Source of the DNA: a virus
Lineage: Duplodnaviria; Caudoviricetes
Direction: 5' to 3' (one strand)
DNA: 31,294 bases
IMG/VR virus record: IMGVR_UViG_3300025889_000580
Coordinates: 1-31,294 of that record
Numbering within the stretch: the stretch's first letter is position 1; each line of letters begins with the position of its first letter. Positions 1 to 9,375 of this stretch are shown here, in pieces. The position numbers were made by a program, and so were the translations under genes. The notes beneath the pieces are model-generated. The model was not told the origin of the DNA, searched no databases, and worked only from the letters and a program-made list of their open reading frames with translations.

Positions 1-1265
1 AAGAGGAAGGTGACCCATGTTGGGAAGGTTATGAAATGATTGGTATGAAGATAGTTGATGGTAAAGAAGTACCCAACTGCGTGCCAGTTGAAGAGGCATT
101 TAAGATTGTTGGTTACATTAGTGGTGTACCATATTTCTTAAACCCAGATGACGCAATAAGTTATGGTATACAAAAGGTAAACTGTGAAGGTTACCACACA
201 CATAAAACAGCAGACGGTACAGAGATTTATATGCCTTGTAAATCACACGATGATTTAAGTGATTGGAGTGAAGAAGATTTGGAAATGAAAGCATGTTTTG
301 ATGTATTGTTTGCTTCCAAAGATTTTGATTTTGGTAGAGTTACCAATGAACTGTTGGTTGGTTATACCATTGATGAAATTAAAAGGTTTAACCATAAAAA
401 CCCAACAAAGTATTATAAATATAAAAGGGTTTTAAGTGGTAGCCCCGATAGAGATTTTTGCGAACAATTAGAAGGTAGATTTTTCCGTAGAGGGCAAATA
501 TATGGTTTGGAACAATACAATACAGAGTTCGGGCATAACAAACAACCATATTCCAAGTGGTTATACAAGGGTGGTCCACAATGTGTCCACGCTTGGGAGC
601 AATGGAGTGCTGTAAGAGACCAAATCCGTAATGATGGTATGGTGGAAGGCACACCAGGTATTGCTCCACAAGAAATGATTGGTAAAGGTTATTACCCTGG
701 CACCCCAAGATATGAAGCAAACCTATCAAGTGTTTGTACTGATAACTGCGATATACCAAAAGAAAAACAACAAGAATATAAAAAGGCAACCTTTAAGTCA
801 ATAGAAGAGGAAAGAATGCTTTACTCTCCACTAATGATACCGAATATTTTAATACCCCGTGTTGAAGATGGCGAACAATACTTTGTAAGGTTTACCAAAG
901 ACGCTGTTGAAAGAATACAACGCAAGTTTATGATAGAACAAAGATTACGCTCAACCAATTTAGAACATAACAGTAATGATAGTTTTAATGATATGGTTAT
1001 GGTAGAAAGTTGGTTAGTTAAAGGTAATAGTGATAAAGCATACAGTTTGGGTTATACACCAAATGAAATACCAGAAGGTACTTGGATGGTTGGTTATAAA
1101 ATCCTTGAAACACCCGAAGGTGATAACATTTGGAATAATTATATTAAAACTGGTAAAGTAAAAGGGTTATCAGCAGAAGGCGCATTTTTAATGAACTTTT
1201 CCCGACTAAAAACTGATGAATATTTATTAGAGGAAATAATAAATATATTAAACCAAATAAACTAA
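1..1265 (+). CDS. XkdF-like prohead protease, 5'-truncated copy (C-terminal part of the 28926..30857 protein)
   Basis: Near-identical to the last 409 aa of the 643-aa ORF. Motifs EEERMLYSPLMIPN, TNLEH, VESWLV, GTWMVGYK and GKVKGLSAEG are typical of XkdF-type serine proteases. Confidence 0.8.
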   Translation, partial: EEGDPCWEGYEMIGMKIVDGKEVPNCVPVEEAFKIVGYISGVPYFLNPDDAISYGIQKVNCEGYHTHKTADGTEIYMPCKSHDDLSDWSEEDLEMKACFDVLFASKDFDFGRVTNELLVGYTIDEIKRFNHKNPTKYYKYKRVLSGSPDRDFCEQLEGRFFRRGQIYGLEQYNTEFGHNKQPYSKWLYKGGPQCVHAWEQWSAVRDQIRNDGMVEGTPGIAPQEMIGKGYYPGTPRYEANLSSVCTDNCDIPKEKQQEYKKATFKSIEEERMLYSPLMIPNILIPRVEDGEQYFVRFTKDAVERIQRKFMIEQRLRSTNLEHNSNDSFNDMVMVESWLVKGNSDKAYSLGYTPNEIPEGTWMVGYKILETPEGDNIWNNYIKTGKVKGLSAEGAFLMNFSRLKTDEYLLEEIINILNQIN

Positions 1266-1699
1266 AAACAATAATTATGACCGCAAAAGAAGCAGTAGAA
1301 AGAATCTCTCACTTACTTAATATTAAGTTTGGTAAGGTAGAGGCATTCGCAACTACAAAGTTAGAAGACGGAACAGAAATTACAAATAACCTTGACGAAG
1401 AGTTTAAGATTGGTCAAGAGTTATATGTTGTTGGTGAATCAACCTTAACACCCGCACCCGCTGGTTCTCACACAACCCGTGAAGGTTTGGTAATAACAGT
1501 TGATGCTGAATCCATCATCATTGCCATGGAAGAAAAAACTACCGAGGCACCAGCAAATGAAGAAGGTGAAAGCGAAACTGAAACCAAAACCGAAGAAGCA
1601 ATGGCAGAAGTGGAAATTGAAGTCGGTGAGGAAGAGGAAGAAAAACCAATGGATGTAATAGATGAAGAAGTTGTTAAAGCACTTGTAGAAGCGTTAGCA
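1..1699 (+). repeat. Diverged terminal direct repeat, copy 1
   Basis: Aligns to 29593-31294 with many, mostly third-position, substitutions and one extra codon in copy 2. Confidence 0.97.
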
Positions 1700-1906
1700 C
1701 CCGTTGTTGAGGAGGTAAAAACCTTAACAGAGGAAATGAGAAAAATGAAAGAAAAATACGAGGCTGAATATTCAGCATTAAAAACAAACTTTGATGAGTT
1801 TAAGAAGCAACCAGAAAGATTTAGTGTTGCTGAAATTAAAAAACCATCAAAGGAGACGGCAATTGATTATAGATTAGAAATAATCAAGGGTTTAAGAAAC
1901 AAATAA
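1277..1906 (+). CDS. Putative capsid scaffolding protein
   Basis: Acidic with a coiled-coil C-terminus; lies between protease and capsid genes. The LEDGT and PAPAGSHT motifs resemble Bacteroidota phage scaffolds. Confidence 0.7.
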   Translation: MTAKEAVERISHLLNIKFGKVEAFATTKLEDGTEITNNLDEEFKIGQELYVVGESTLTPAPAGSHTTREGLVITVDAESIIIAMEEKTTEAPANEEGESETETKTEEAMAEVEIEVGEEEEEKPMDVIDEEVVKALVEALAPVVEEVKTLTEEMRKMKEKYEAEYSALKTNFDEFKKQPERFSVAEIKKPSKETAIDYRLEIIKGLRNK

Positions 1907-1936
1907 AAACAACAATAAAAACAAACAATAATTAAA

Positions 1937-2893
1937 ATGGAAAAGAAAAATAGATTTTCGTTCAATTATGATTTATCAGCATTACCAACTTACAACAGTT
2001 ACGGTTCTGATATGTTGATTAAATCAATTCTTGGCTTAACATTACCAAAATATTCTACAATTCGCCCAAACTTAAAGGGTACAACTGAGAAGGTTGGTTT
2101 TGTTACCAATGATGTAATCTTACAAGATTTGTCTTGTGGATTTGACCCAACTGGGGATACAGTACAAAATCTTGTTACAATTGACTTATGTAATAAGAAG
2201 GTAAATCAACAACTTTGTCCGTATGACCTCTACGATACATATCTCTCACAAAGTTTGTCTAACGCAAACTTCCAAGAGTCAGTACCTTTTGAGGAGGTTA
2301 TTTTAACAGACATCTCTAATAGAATCGCTAACCAAGTTGAAAAGCAGTTGTGGTTAAACGCAACTGGTGGTTCATCAATCGGTGGTGCTTCTTACACTGG
2401 CGCTTGTTTTGATGGTGTTGGTGCTTTAATCACATCTGGAAACGGTGCTACACAAATCGCTTATTCTGCTGCGACTGCGGCTAACGGTTTGGAAGTATTT
2501 ACTACTATCTACGAAAACATTCCAGCGAATGTTTTACACAGAGATGATTTGGTTATCTACACATCTTACGCTAACTATCGTGGTTTGGTATCATCAATGA
2601 GAAACTCTTCTTATGTAAACTTGTTTACAATGGATTCTGCTGGCGCAGCACAAGGTGAAGAGTGGAGTTTATTGTTACCTGGCACAAATGTAAGAGTTAT
2701 CCCGACTGTTGGTTTGGATGGTGTTTCAGCATACTATGCTGGTCCCGCTTCTTACTACATGGTTGGTATGAACAGTGAGATTATGACTGTAAAATCAATC
2801 TACGACCCATTTGAGGACATCGTGAAAATCCAAGCACATGTTACTTATGGTATCGGTGTGTTTGATGTAGCATCTTTTGCTATTTGTAAATAA
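1937..2893 (+). CDS. Major capsid protein
   Basis: 318 aa, directly after the scaffold. SCGFDPTG, KVNQQLCPYDL, EKQLW and FDG motifs resemble Flavobacterium-phage capsid proteins; codon usage looks highly expressed. Confidence 0.85.
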   Translation: MEKKNRFSFNYDLSALPTYNSYGSDMLIKSILGLTLPKYSTIRPNLKGTTEKVGFVTNDVILQDLSCGFDPTGDTVQNLVTIDLCNKKVNQQLCPYDLYDTYLSQSLSNANFQESVPFEEVILTDISNRIANQVEKQLWLNATGGSSIGGASYTGACFDGVGALITSGNGATQIAYSAATAANGLEVFTTIYENIPANVLHRDDLVIYTSYANYRGLVSSMRNSSYVNLFTMDSAGAAQGEEWSLLLPGTNVRVIPTVGLDGVSAYYAGPASYYMVGMNSEIMTVKSIYDPFEDIVKIQAHVTYGIGVFDVASFAICK

Positions 2894-2925
2894 TCAATAA
2901 ACTAAAAATTAAAAATTAAATAAAA

Positions 2926-3474
2926 ATGGCAAGTTGTTATATTAGTACGGGATACACTCTTGATTGTAGAAATGCGTCAACGGGTGGTATCAAATCAATT
3001 TTTATCCTCGGCGATAGTGGTAATGCTGTAAGTGGTGTTACTTACGCTGGAACGGGTGAAGTTGCTTCAATGAGTGGTGCTGGTACTTGGTATAAGTTTG
3101 AGTTAGTAAGACAATCATCGTCTTTTACAGAGGACTTACAAGTAAACACCACAAACCAATCCGTAGTATTCCAACCAACAGTTGCTATCGCTTTACCAAA
3201 GTTAGACCAATCATTGAGAAATCTTTGGTTTGACTTAATCAAACAGAACGCATTCTACATGATTCTGCTTGATAACAATGATAGATACTGGTTAGTGGGA
3301 TTAGAAAACGGAATGTATGCGTCTGCTGGTCAAATGTTAAGTGGTTTGGCTTACAATGACGCTAACGGAATAAACTTAACTGTAATCGGTGGAGAACCAA
3401 ATCCATCGGTTGAGATTGATGTTACTACAACATTGGCGGCAGTTATGACTGGTATGACTGTACCAGTAGAGTAA
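2926..3474 (+). CDS. Putative major tail tube protein
   Basis: The pattern SCYISTGYTLDC..STGGIK, YKFEL, SSFTE, DNNDRYWLVG and D.NG.NLT matches Bacteroidota siphophage tail tubes; followed by a terminator. Confidence 0.7.
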   Translation: MASCYISTGYTLDCRNASTGGIKSIFILGDSGNAVSGVTYAGTGEVASMSGAGTWYKFELVRQSSSFTEDLQVNTTNQSVVFQPTVAIALPKLDQSLRNLWFDLIKQNAFYMILLDNNDRYWLVGLENGMYASAGQMLSGLAYNDANGINLTVIGGEPNPSVEIDVTTTLAAVMTGMTVPVE

Positions 3475-3501
3475 TCCGTTACATACTTAAAACTGTAATA
3501 T

Positions 3502-3531
3502 AAGGGGGGGCGTAGAAACCCCCCCTTTTTT
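3502..3531 (+). terminator. Rho-independent terminator
   Basis: AAGGGGGGG-cgtagaaa-CCCCCCC followed by TTTTTT, after the capsid and tail tube genes. Confidence 0.88.
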
Positions 3532-3565
3532 ACAAAAAATAAACTATTTATTAAAAAACATTATT

Positions 3566-3730
3566 ATGACGCAAGAACAAGGCTTAGGAATATTAAGACA
3601 CGCTTTAACATTTATCGGTGGTATATTGGTAATGAAGGGTGTTATTGAGGAAACAACATTTACAGAAATCAGCGGAGCAATTATTACTTTGGTTGGTGGT
3701 ATTTGGTCGGTTATCAGTAAAAACAAATAA
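3566..3730 (+). CDS. Putative holin, 54 aa (not in the ORF track)
   Basis: Translated by hand: MTQEQGLGILRHALTFIGGILVMKGVIEETTFTEISGAIITLVGGIWSVISKNK. Two hydrophobic helices and a basic C-terminus; A-rich leader with TATTTAT at 3545. Confidence 0.7.
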   Translation: MTQEQGLGILRHALTFIGGILVMKGVIEETTFTEISGAIITLVGGIWSVISKNK

Positions 3731-3737
3731 TTAAATT

Positions 3738-4652
3738 ATGGGATACTTAAAATGGGGTGGAAAAAAGTTTTATCCACAAAAACCAAAACCTTATGTGGCA
3801 AGCGTAAATGAACTTATAAAACCTTTAAGTGAAAAGGTTAATAAGGGTAATGTTTGGGGTTCTGTTATAACCAATGTTTATAAAGATGGTGCGGCACCAA
3901 CACCGCCAGCATGGACACCAGCACAAATGACTAACTTAAATGATTGGTGGAGAGCGGATACTGGTTTAACTTTAACTGGTACTGATGTTGATAGTTGGGA
4001 AGGATATAACGGACAAATATTTAGTCCAAAAACACCAGCATTAAAAGCAACATATTCTTCAAGTGATAGTAATTGGAATAATCAAGCATCAATAACCATT
4101 AACCCAACTAATAGTGGGTCTAACGCTGGTTATCAAGTTTATACAAGTGGCGGAGCAACATCAAGAACAATATATGGAATATTCCGTATCAATAGTGTTT
4201 CCAACGAGACTGGTTTATTTACTATGGAGGACGGTGCTGTAAGTAATGTTAAAAGAGCGTCGTATTTGGTAAGAACAACAGAGACACCTAATAAGTTATG
4301 GTATTATACCGACCAACTTGTTAAGAGCGGAGCGGTATATGCCAACTCTGGTATAAATGATGGTGTTGGTAGTTATATTTTTGGAGCAATAGAATATAAC
4401 GCATCTGCGGCTACAAAAACTATTCAATTTTACGCATCTAACACATCTACATTAGGTTCAGTAATAAACACTACAAGTGGTACTTTTTCAGCGGCGGATG
4501 TTGGTTATCTCAATTTAGGTTTTTATATCAATTCATTAACATTACCAGCCCAATCTTTTAGTGTTGTAGAGGTAATAAGTGTAAATGGTATATTAAATCC
4601 AACTGACTTAACTGAATTAGAAACTTACTTAAACACAAGATACGGAATTTAA
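3738..4652 (+). CDS. Virion accessory protein with ConA/LamG-like lectin domain
   Basis: WTPAQ..L.DWWRAD at the domain start and ELETYL..RYGI at the end are typical of phage LamG-like modules; short APTPPA linker. Confidence 0.55.
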   Translation: MGYLKWGGKKFYPQKPKPYVASVNELIKPLSEKVNKGNVWGSVITNVYKDGAAPTPPAWTPAQMTNLNDWWRADTGLTLTGTDVDSWEGYNGQIFSPKTPALKATYSSSDSNWNNQASITINPTNSGSNAGYQVYTSGGATSRTIYGIFRINSVSNETGLFTMEDGAVSNVKRASYLVRTTETPNKLWYYTDQLVKSGAVYANSGINDGVGSYIFGAIEYNASAATKTIQFYASNTSTLGSVINTTSGTFSAADVGYLNLGFYINSLTLPAQSFSVVEVISVNGILNPTDLTELETYLNTRYGI

Positions 4653-4912
4653 TGTTGGAACATAACATAAAAATAAAAGTTAAAAATAACAAAACAAATA
4701 TTTCAATACCAATAGACAAGTTCATTATAACACTATTTAAGTGGGATTTAAGGACATCAAATGTTGTTATTGAGGTAGAGTATTATAAAGATAAAAAATA
4801 CTTGTTTACAAACGAGTTTTTATATATAGAAAAAGAAGAGGTTATTGTTAATAAACTAATTGATGATATAATTAAAAAACATTATGAGTCCAGTAAGATT
4901 TCTCAATCGTAA
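4652..4912 (+). CDS. Hypothetical protein, 86 aa
   Basis: Start overlaps the upstream stop (TAATG) and the ORF fills the operon gap. Confidence 0.6.
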   Translation: MLEHNIKIKVKNNKTNISIPIDKFIITLFKWDLRTSNVVIEVEYYKDKKYLFTNEFLYIEKEEVIVNKLIDDIIKKHYESSKISQS

Positions 4913-5636
4913 GTACAGTTACTATCTTGGTGAACAAAGACCCCTTCTACAAATTATAGAGGGTTATGAGAGTGTACCAAGTCCAACACCAACCCCAAGT
5001 GTTACCCCAACACACACACCAACACCAACTCCAACAACTACCCCAACACCAACGCCAAGCGCAACTCCAAACTTATTTACTGAGAGTGTTCCGTTTGGTG
5101 TTACAACTAATGCTGGATTTGATACAGATTTAACTGGTACCACATTTGGTATCACATATAATTCAGTAGAATATTTAACAAACAATTATGGTGGAGCGGG
5201 AACACCGTTAAGTCCATATTACGCAACAAATTGTAGAAATAACATTGAAACACCATCACCAGGTGTGATTTATGATTTCCAATTAACAACAATAGAACCT
5301 GGTTATATTTTAACTGGTTTTGATTGGGGTAATGGAAATTATGGTGGATTTGATAGAGTTAAAGTAACTACTGGTTCTGTTATTGGTGCTGGATTATGGA
5401 GCGCCAATACACAATATTATAGTGGAGCCACTTTAATGTACGAGGATACTGCAAGTCAAGTTAATAAACAATCACCACCAACACCAAACGCATACGGATG
5501 TTATGCTGATATAATAATTGGTGATGTTAACTATCCAGTATTCTTCGTTCAAAAAGAAAACTATTTAACAACAGAGGCTAATCAGCCGATATTAACAGAA
5601 AGCGGTTTAATAATTAGACCCGAACAACAAATATAA
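4884..5636 (+). CDS. PT-linker virion accessory protein
   Basis: Short N-terminal domain, (PT)n tract, beta-rich domain and C-terminal YLTTE..QPILTESG motif. Confidence 0.6.
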   Translation: MSPVRFLNRKYSYYLGEQRPLLQIIEGYESVPSPTPTPSVTPTHTPTPTPTTTPTPTPSATPNLFTESVPFGVTTNAGFDTDLTGTTFGITYNSVEYLTNNYGGAGTPLSPYYATNCRNNIETPSPGVIYDFQLTTIEPGYILTGFDWGNGNYGGFDRVKVTTGSVIGAGLWSANTQYYSGATLMYEDTASQVNKQSPPTPNAYGCYADIIIGDVNYPVFFVQKENYLTTEANQPILTESGLIIRPEQQI

Positions 5637-5649
5637 AAAATAAAATAAA

Positions 5650-6981
5650 ATGAGTCAAATTAAAATATCTCAATTACCTTCTTGGACTGGTACCCCCGCA
5701 GATTTAAGATGGTTCGTAATGAATGACCAGGGGGAAAACACAACATATAAGTTTAGTGGTTATACTGCTGGACTAATAAACGGAACTGGTTCAAACTCTT
5801 TGCGTTCTGCTGATATTACAACAACAGCCGCAATAGCATCTGGAACAGATAGTATGGCTGTTGGTAATGGAGCCCAAGCGACTGGCACTTATTCCATGGC
5901 TATTGGATATAATACTACTCAAACAAGTGGAAATGGGGGCGTTGCTATTGGATGGGCATCAGATGCTGGTGATAGTTCAGTATCAATTGGTGGTTCGCAT
6001 GTAAACAGTGGAACGGCTTCTGTTGCTCTTGGTTATGATAACACCACAACAAGCAACTATAATATCGCTATTGGAGCATCACAAGTTATTGGAACAAGTG
6101 CTCCATATAGTATCAGTATCGGTAATGGTGGTGGACAAATACAAAATAACGCACAAGAAAGTATCGCAATTGGTAGAGTTGGTAATGTTAATCAACCATA
6201 CCAATATGCCTTTGGTGTAAATAATGGTGTAGGAAACGGACAAAGAGTAATGAACTTATCTTATGATAACAACTCGTTCTTAAACGGAAACTGGTCTGTT
6301 GGTATAGGACAAAACTTTAACCAAGGCGGAAACTATCATGTTTTAATTGGTAAAGGAAACGGAAACCAAGGCGGAACAGATATGATACACATTGGTAGAG
6401 ATGTTCAATCGTCAACAAACACCTCTAACATTATTGGTATTGGTGAAACACAAACAATCAATAGTGCGGGTTCTGTTGTAATAGGACACGATAGTAGTAT
6501 CACTTCAAGTGGTAGTGAAAATAACATTTTTGGTGGAACTCGTAATGTTATAAGTGGAACATCCAGTAATGTAGTATTGTTGGGTTTGAATGACTTTACA
6601 TCACCAACAATATCTAATACCACTTATATTGATAATAATCATATTTTGAAGACGGAAAGTTTTGATGTTGTTGCTGGTGGAAATGTTAGTGGAAATGTGA
6701 CTGTTGATTGTACTTTGGGTTCAATTTTTACAATGACTTTGGTTGGTAATGTTACTCAAATTGATTTTGTTGGTCTTCGTTCGGGTCAAAGATTAGAATT
6801 TATTATTGAAAACACAACTTATAATGTTAGTGGTGGAGCATTAATAAATGGAGTTTCTGGTTATGTATATAGTAAAAACGGCACCATCACACCATCTAAC
6901 AATTCAATTACACACTATACCGCAACTTATGATGGAACAAGATTATTCCTTGATGAAGAGGGACAATTCCAAGTAGTATAA
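5650..6981 (+). CDS. Tail fibre/adhesin with YadA-head-like repeats
   Basis: N-terminal KISQLP motif and repeated S(M/V/I)A(I/V/L)G units (SMAVG, SMAIG, GVAIG, SVALG, SIAIG); G/S/T/N-rich. Confidence 0.7.
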   Translation: MSQIKISQLPSWTGTPADLRWFVMNDQGENTTYKFSGYTAGLINGTGSNSLRSADITTTAAIASGTDSMAVGNGAQATGTYSMAIGYNTTQTSGNGGVAIGWASDAGDSSVSIGGSHVNSGTASVALGYDNTTTSNYNIAIGASQVIGTSAPYSISIGNGGGQIQNNAQESIAIGRVGNVNQPYQYAFGVNNGVGNGQRVMNLSYDNNSFLNGNWSVGIGQNFNQGGNYHVLIGKGNGNQGGTDMIHIGRDVQSSTNTSNIIGIGETQTINSAGSVVIGHDSSITSSGSENNIFGGTRNVISGTSSNVVLLGLNDFTSPTISNTTYIDNNHILKTESFDVVAGGNVSGNVTVDCTLGSIFTMTLVGNVTQIDFVGLRSGQRLEFIIENTTYNVSGGALINGVSGYVYSKNGTITPSNNSITHYTATYDGTRLFLDEEGQFQVV

Positions 6982-7006
6982 TAAATAAAAAACAAACATT
7001 AAGTAA

Positions 7007-7438
7007 ATGATTATACTTAACCAGTCACAAACAAACACGGCAACGGCAACATGTTCGTTGAATAAGGTTTTAAGTAACCCAACATATTTGTGGAGCATGC
7101 GGCACAAACTTACTAACCAAAGTTGGAAGTTTTTACCATATCGCACACCCGACAATGTTGATTATGAACCTTCTTGGGATTTATTTACAATTAAAATAGA
7201 TAACAACCAAGTTGAGAGTTTTACTGGTGATAGTATTAACGCAGTCAATTTACATTTGTTACCAGGTGATTACTTTGTAAAGGTGTATGAGCAAGCATCA
7301 CCAACCAACTTAAACCCAAATTATTCGTATGATGTTGTTTATGAAACAACTGCTCGCGTTATTGGTACTGGAAACACCCAAAACGAGTTAATTTCTTATA
7401 CAGCAAACACGGATGTATTTACAATATATAGAGGATAA
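7007..7438 (+). CDS. Hypothetical virion protein upstream of portal
   Basis: 143 aa ORF translationally coupled to the portal gene; contains a G.Y.VKVYEQ.S..NL motif. Confidence 0.65.
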   Translation: MIILNQSQTNTATATCSLNKVLSNPTYLWSMRHKLTNQSWKFLPYRTPDNVDYEPSWDLFTIKIDNNQVESFTGDSINAVNLHLLPGDYFVKVYEQASPTNLNPNYSYDVVYETTARVIGTGNTQNELISYTANTDVFTIYRG

Positions 7439-8508
7439 TGATTAATATTGAAAAATTAAAGTTCAGTCAAAACTCGGTTACGAGTTTTAAGGAAGTTATA
7501 AACAGAAACGAACTGTTTGTAAGATGGGGCGAAGATAACATGTTTGTAAATGAACTGTATTTACTTAATGATGCGTCCCCAATACAAAACGCTTGTATCC
7601 GTTCCAAAGTAGACAATGCGGTAGGACAAGGTTATGTAAATGATTATAAGATAAACCAAAAACAAACCATAAATGATGTATCAAGACAAATCTTTTATGA
7701 GTTTTTAACTACGGGTAATGTTTTTTTAGAGGCAATTTGGCGTGAGGATAGAAGAGAAGGCTTGGCTGGCTTCCATGTGATACCTTCCCGATACATGCGT
7801 TTATACAAACCAGATGAACTTGGTGGTGAAGTAACCAAGTTTTTATACTGTAAAGATTGGGCTAACTGGCGTAAAGTTGGTATGATAGAGTTCCACGAAC
7901 TTGACCCCAAAAACTACACCGACAGACAAATAGTTCATATTAAACAATACCAAAGTGGTTATGATTATTATGGAGCACCAGATTGGTTAAGTGTAATAAA
8001 TGATGTAAAATTAAATCACGAAATAACAGTACACAATTTATCATCAATCCGCAATGGTTTATCACCAAGTTTATGGGTACACTTTAAGGTTGCCGCACCA
8101 GATAGTCAAAACGAGCAAGAACAAATCTTGCGTAGCATTGAGGACAGATATATGGGTGCCGACAATGCGGGTAGAGTTATTGTATCTTATGGTGATGAAA
8201 GTGAAAAACCAGAAATAACACAAATCCAAACCAATGTTGAGCAAGGTTATTTTAGTTCCATCTTTGATTTGGTACAAAAACAAATAATGAGCGGACACAA
8301 GATTATTGATGGTTCTTTAATTGGTTTACCAAATCCAGGTGGTTTTACAAGTTCTGCTGAGCAGTTGGAAACCGCTTACAAACTATTTATGAATACAAGT
8401 GTTAAACCAGTACAAACCTTTATCAACAGAGAATTAGAACCGTTGATTAGTTTAATGTACCCAGCGGAAGACATTAACTTAATTATAGAACCAAACCAAA
8501 TATTATAA
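7438..8508 (+). CDS. Portal protein
   Basis: WGEDN, SP...ACI, GNVFLE, YYGAPDW, I.NGLSPS, G.DNAGR, IMSGH and L.GL motifs of Bacteroidota phage portals. Confidence 0.85.
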   Translation: MINIEKLKFSQNSVTSFKEVINRNELFVRWGEDNMFVNELYLLNDASPIQNACIRSKVDNAVGQGYVNDYKINQKQTINDVSRQIFYEFLTTGNVFLEAIWREDRREGLAGFHVIPSRYMRLYKPDELGGEVTKFLYCKDWANWRKVGMIEFHELDPKNYTDRQIVHIKQYQSGYDYYGAPDWLSVINDVKLNHEITVHNLSSIRNGLSPSLWVHFKVAAPDSQNEQEQILRSIEDRYMGADNAGRVIVSYGDESEKPEITQIQTNVEQGYFSSIFDLVQKQIMSGHKIIDGSLIGLPNPGGFTSSAEQLETAYKLFMNTSVKPVQTFINRELEPLISLMYPAEDINLIIEPNQIL

Positions 8509-9143
8509 TGAAAAATGTATTGTTAATCAGTGAAGAGGTATTAAAAACTTATACCGCCATAAATGAGAATGTTCAGAGTGATGAGTTAAGGTTTTGTATT
8601 TTACAAGCCCAAAACATCTTTATACAAGAATCACTTGGGACAAACCTTTACAATAAAATGTTAGATATTGTTGGTAATGGCACCATATACGACGCAAACA
8701 ACAGTAACTATAAAGATTTATTAGATACATACATACAACCAACTTTAATTAGTTATTCTTACTACTTGGGGTTAGACAATTTCGCAATGAAATGGATGAG
8801 TGTTGGTTTGGTACAAAACCGTAGCGAACAAGGTAACCCAACGGATTTTAAGATGTTCCAATATATGAAGAACAACTCTAAAAACCAAGCGGAGTTTAAT
8901 GATAACCTTTTACGCAGACATTTAATATTCCGTTCAGCATTATACCCCGAATATAATAATGGAAACTTAAATGACGGACAATTGACACCAGAAGTTAACC
9001 AACCATTTAAGTCAGCAATGACTTTACCTGGTAATGCTTGGGGTTGGAGTAGAGACAAGTTTAAGTCAAGTAACTATAACGCAATGGGTCCTTTATGTTG
9101 TGGTTCATCTTTTCCAACATGGTACGGACATACAACAAATTAA
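8508..9143 (+). CDS. Putative head-tail adaptor/head completion protein
   Basis: LISE..LK.YTAINENV, AQ..FIQ..LGT.LY, Y..LLD.YI.P.L and YPEY motifs; directly follows the portal gene. Confidence 0.6.
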   Translation: MKNVLLISEEVLKTYTAINENVQSDELRFCILQAQNIFIQESLGTNLYNKMLDIVGNGTIYDANNSNYKDLLDTYIQPTLISYSYYLGLDNFAMKWMSVGLVQNRSEQGNPTDFKMFQYMKNNSKNQAEFNDNLLRRHLIFRSALYPEYNNGNLNDGQLTPEVNQPFKSAMTLPGNAWGWSRDKFKSSNYNAMGPLCCGSSFPTWYGHTTN

Positions 9144-9154
9144 AGTTGTTTGTA

Positions 9155-9319
9155 ATGAAAAATGATAGTGTAGCAAACGGCTGTACCTTGGCTGGTTTAT
9201 TCTCTTATGTAATGAAGTTCCAAGCAGAACTTACATTATTACTTGTAGTAACTGGTTTATTACTTAATTTTATAAGAATCTACGATAGATTTAAGAACAA
9301 GAAAAAACCCCAAGAATAA
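9155..9319 (+). CDS. Small membrane protein, holin-like (54 aa)
   Basis: Likely start at 9155 (MKNDSVAN). Hydrophobic segment LTLLLVVTGLLLNFI followed by a basic tail. Confidence 0.55.
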   Translation: MKNDSVANGCTLAGLFSYVMKFQAELTLLLVVTGLLLNFIRIYDRFKNKKKPQE

Positions 9320-9329
9320 CTTGGGGTTT
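9302..9329. terminator. Terminator hairpin between convergent operons
   Basis: AAACCCCAAG-aataa-CTTGGGGTTT, with a T6 tail on the - strand. Confidence 0.8.
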
Positions 9330-9375
9330 ACACAATGGATAAAAAAAAGTAATGGTAAATTATGGACGACAACAT

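Noticed and set aside
1-1699. Terminal repeat as a DGR template/variable pair or a T7-like fixed terminal repeat
   Set aside because: Differences are not adenine-restricted and are mostly synonymous, the boundaries fall mid-gene at the window edges, and the copies are not identical.
3544-3726. 60-aa - strand ORF in the track
   Set aside because: It is antisense to the better supported + strand holin-like gene at 3566-3730.
4964-5185. VG-repeat - strand ORF, and PT tracts as CRISPR-like or DGR repeats
   Set aside because: It is simply the antisense of a PT linker. There is no repeat-spacer periodicity, no reverse transcriptase and no adenine-specific template/variable pair.
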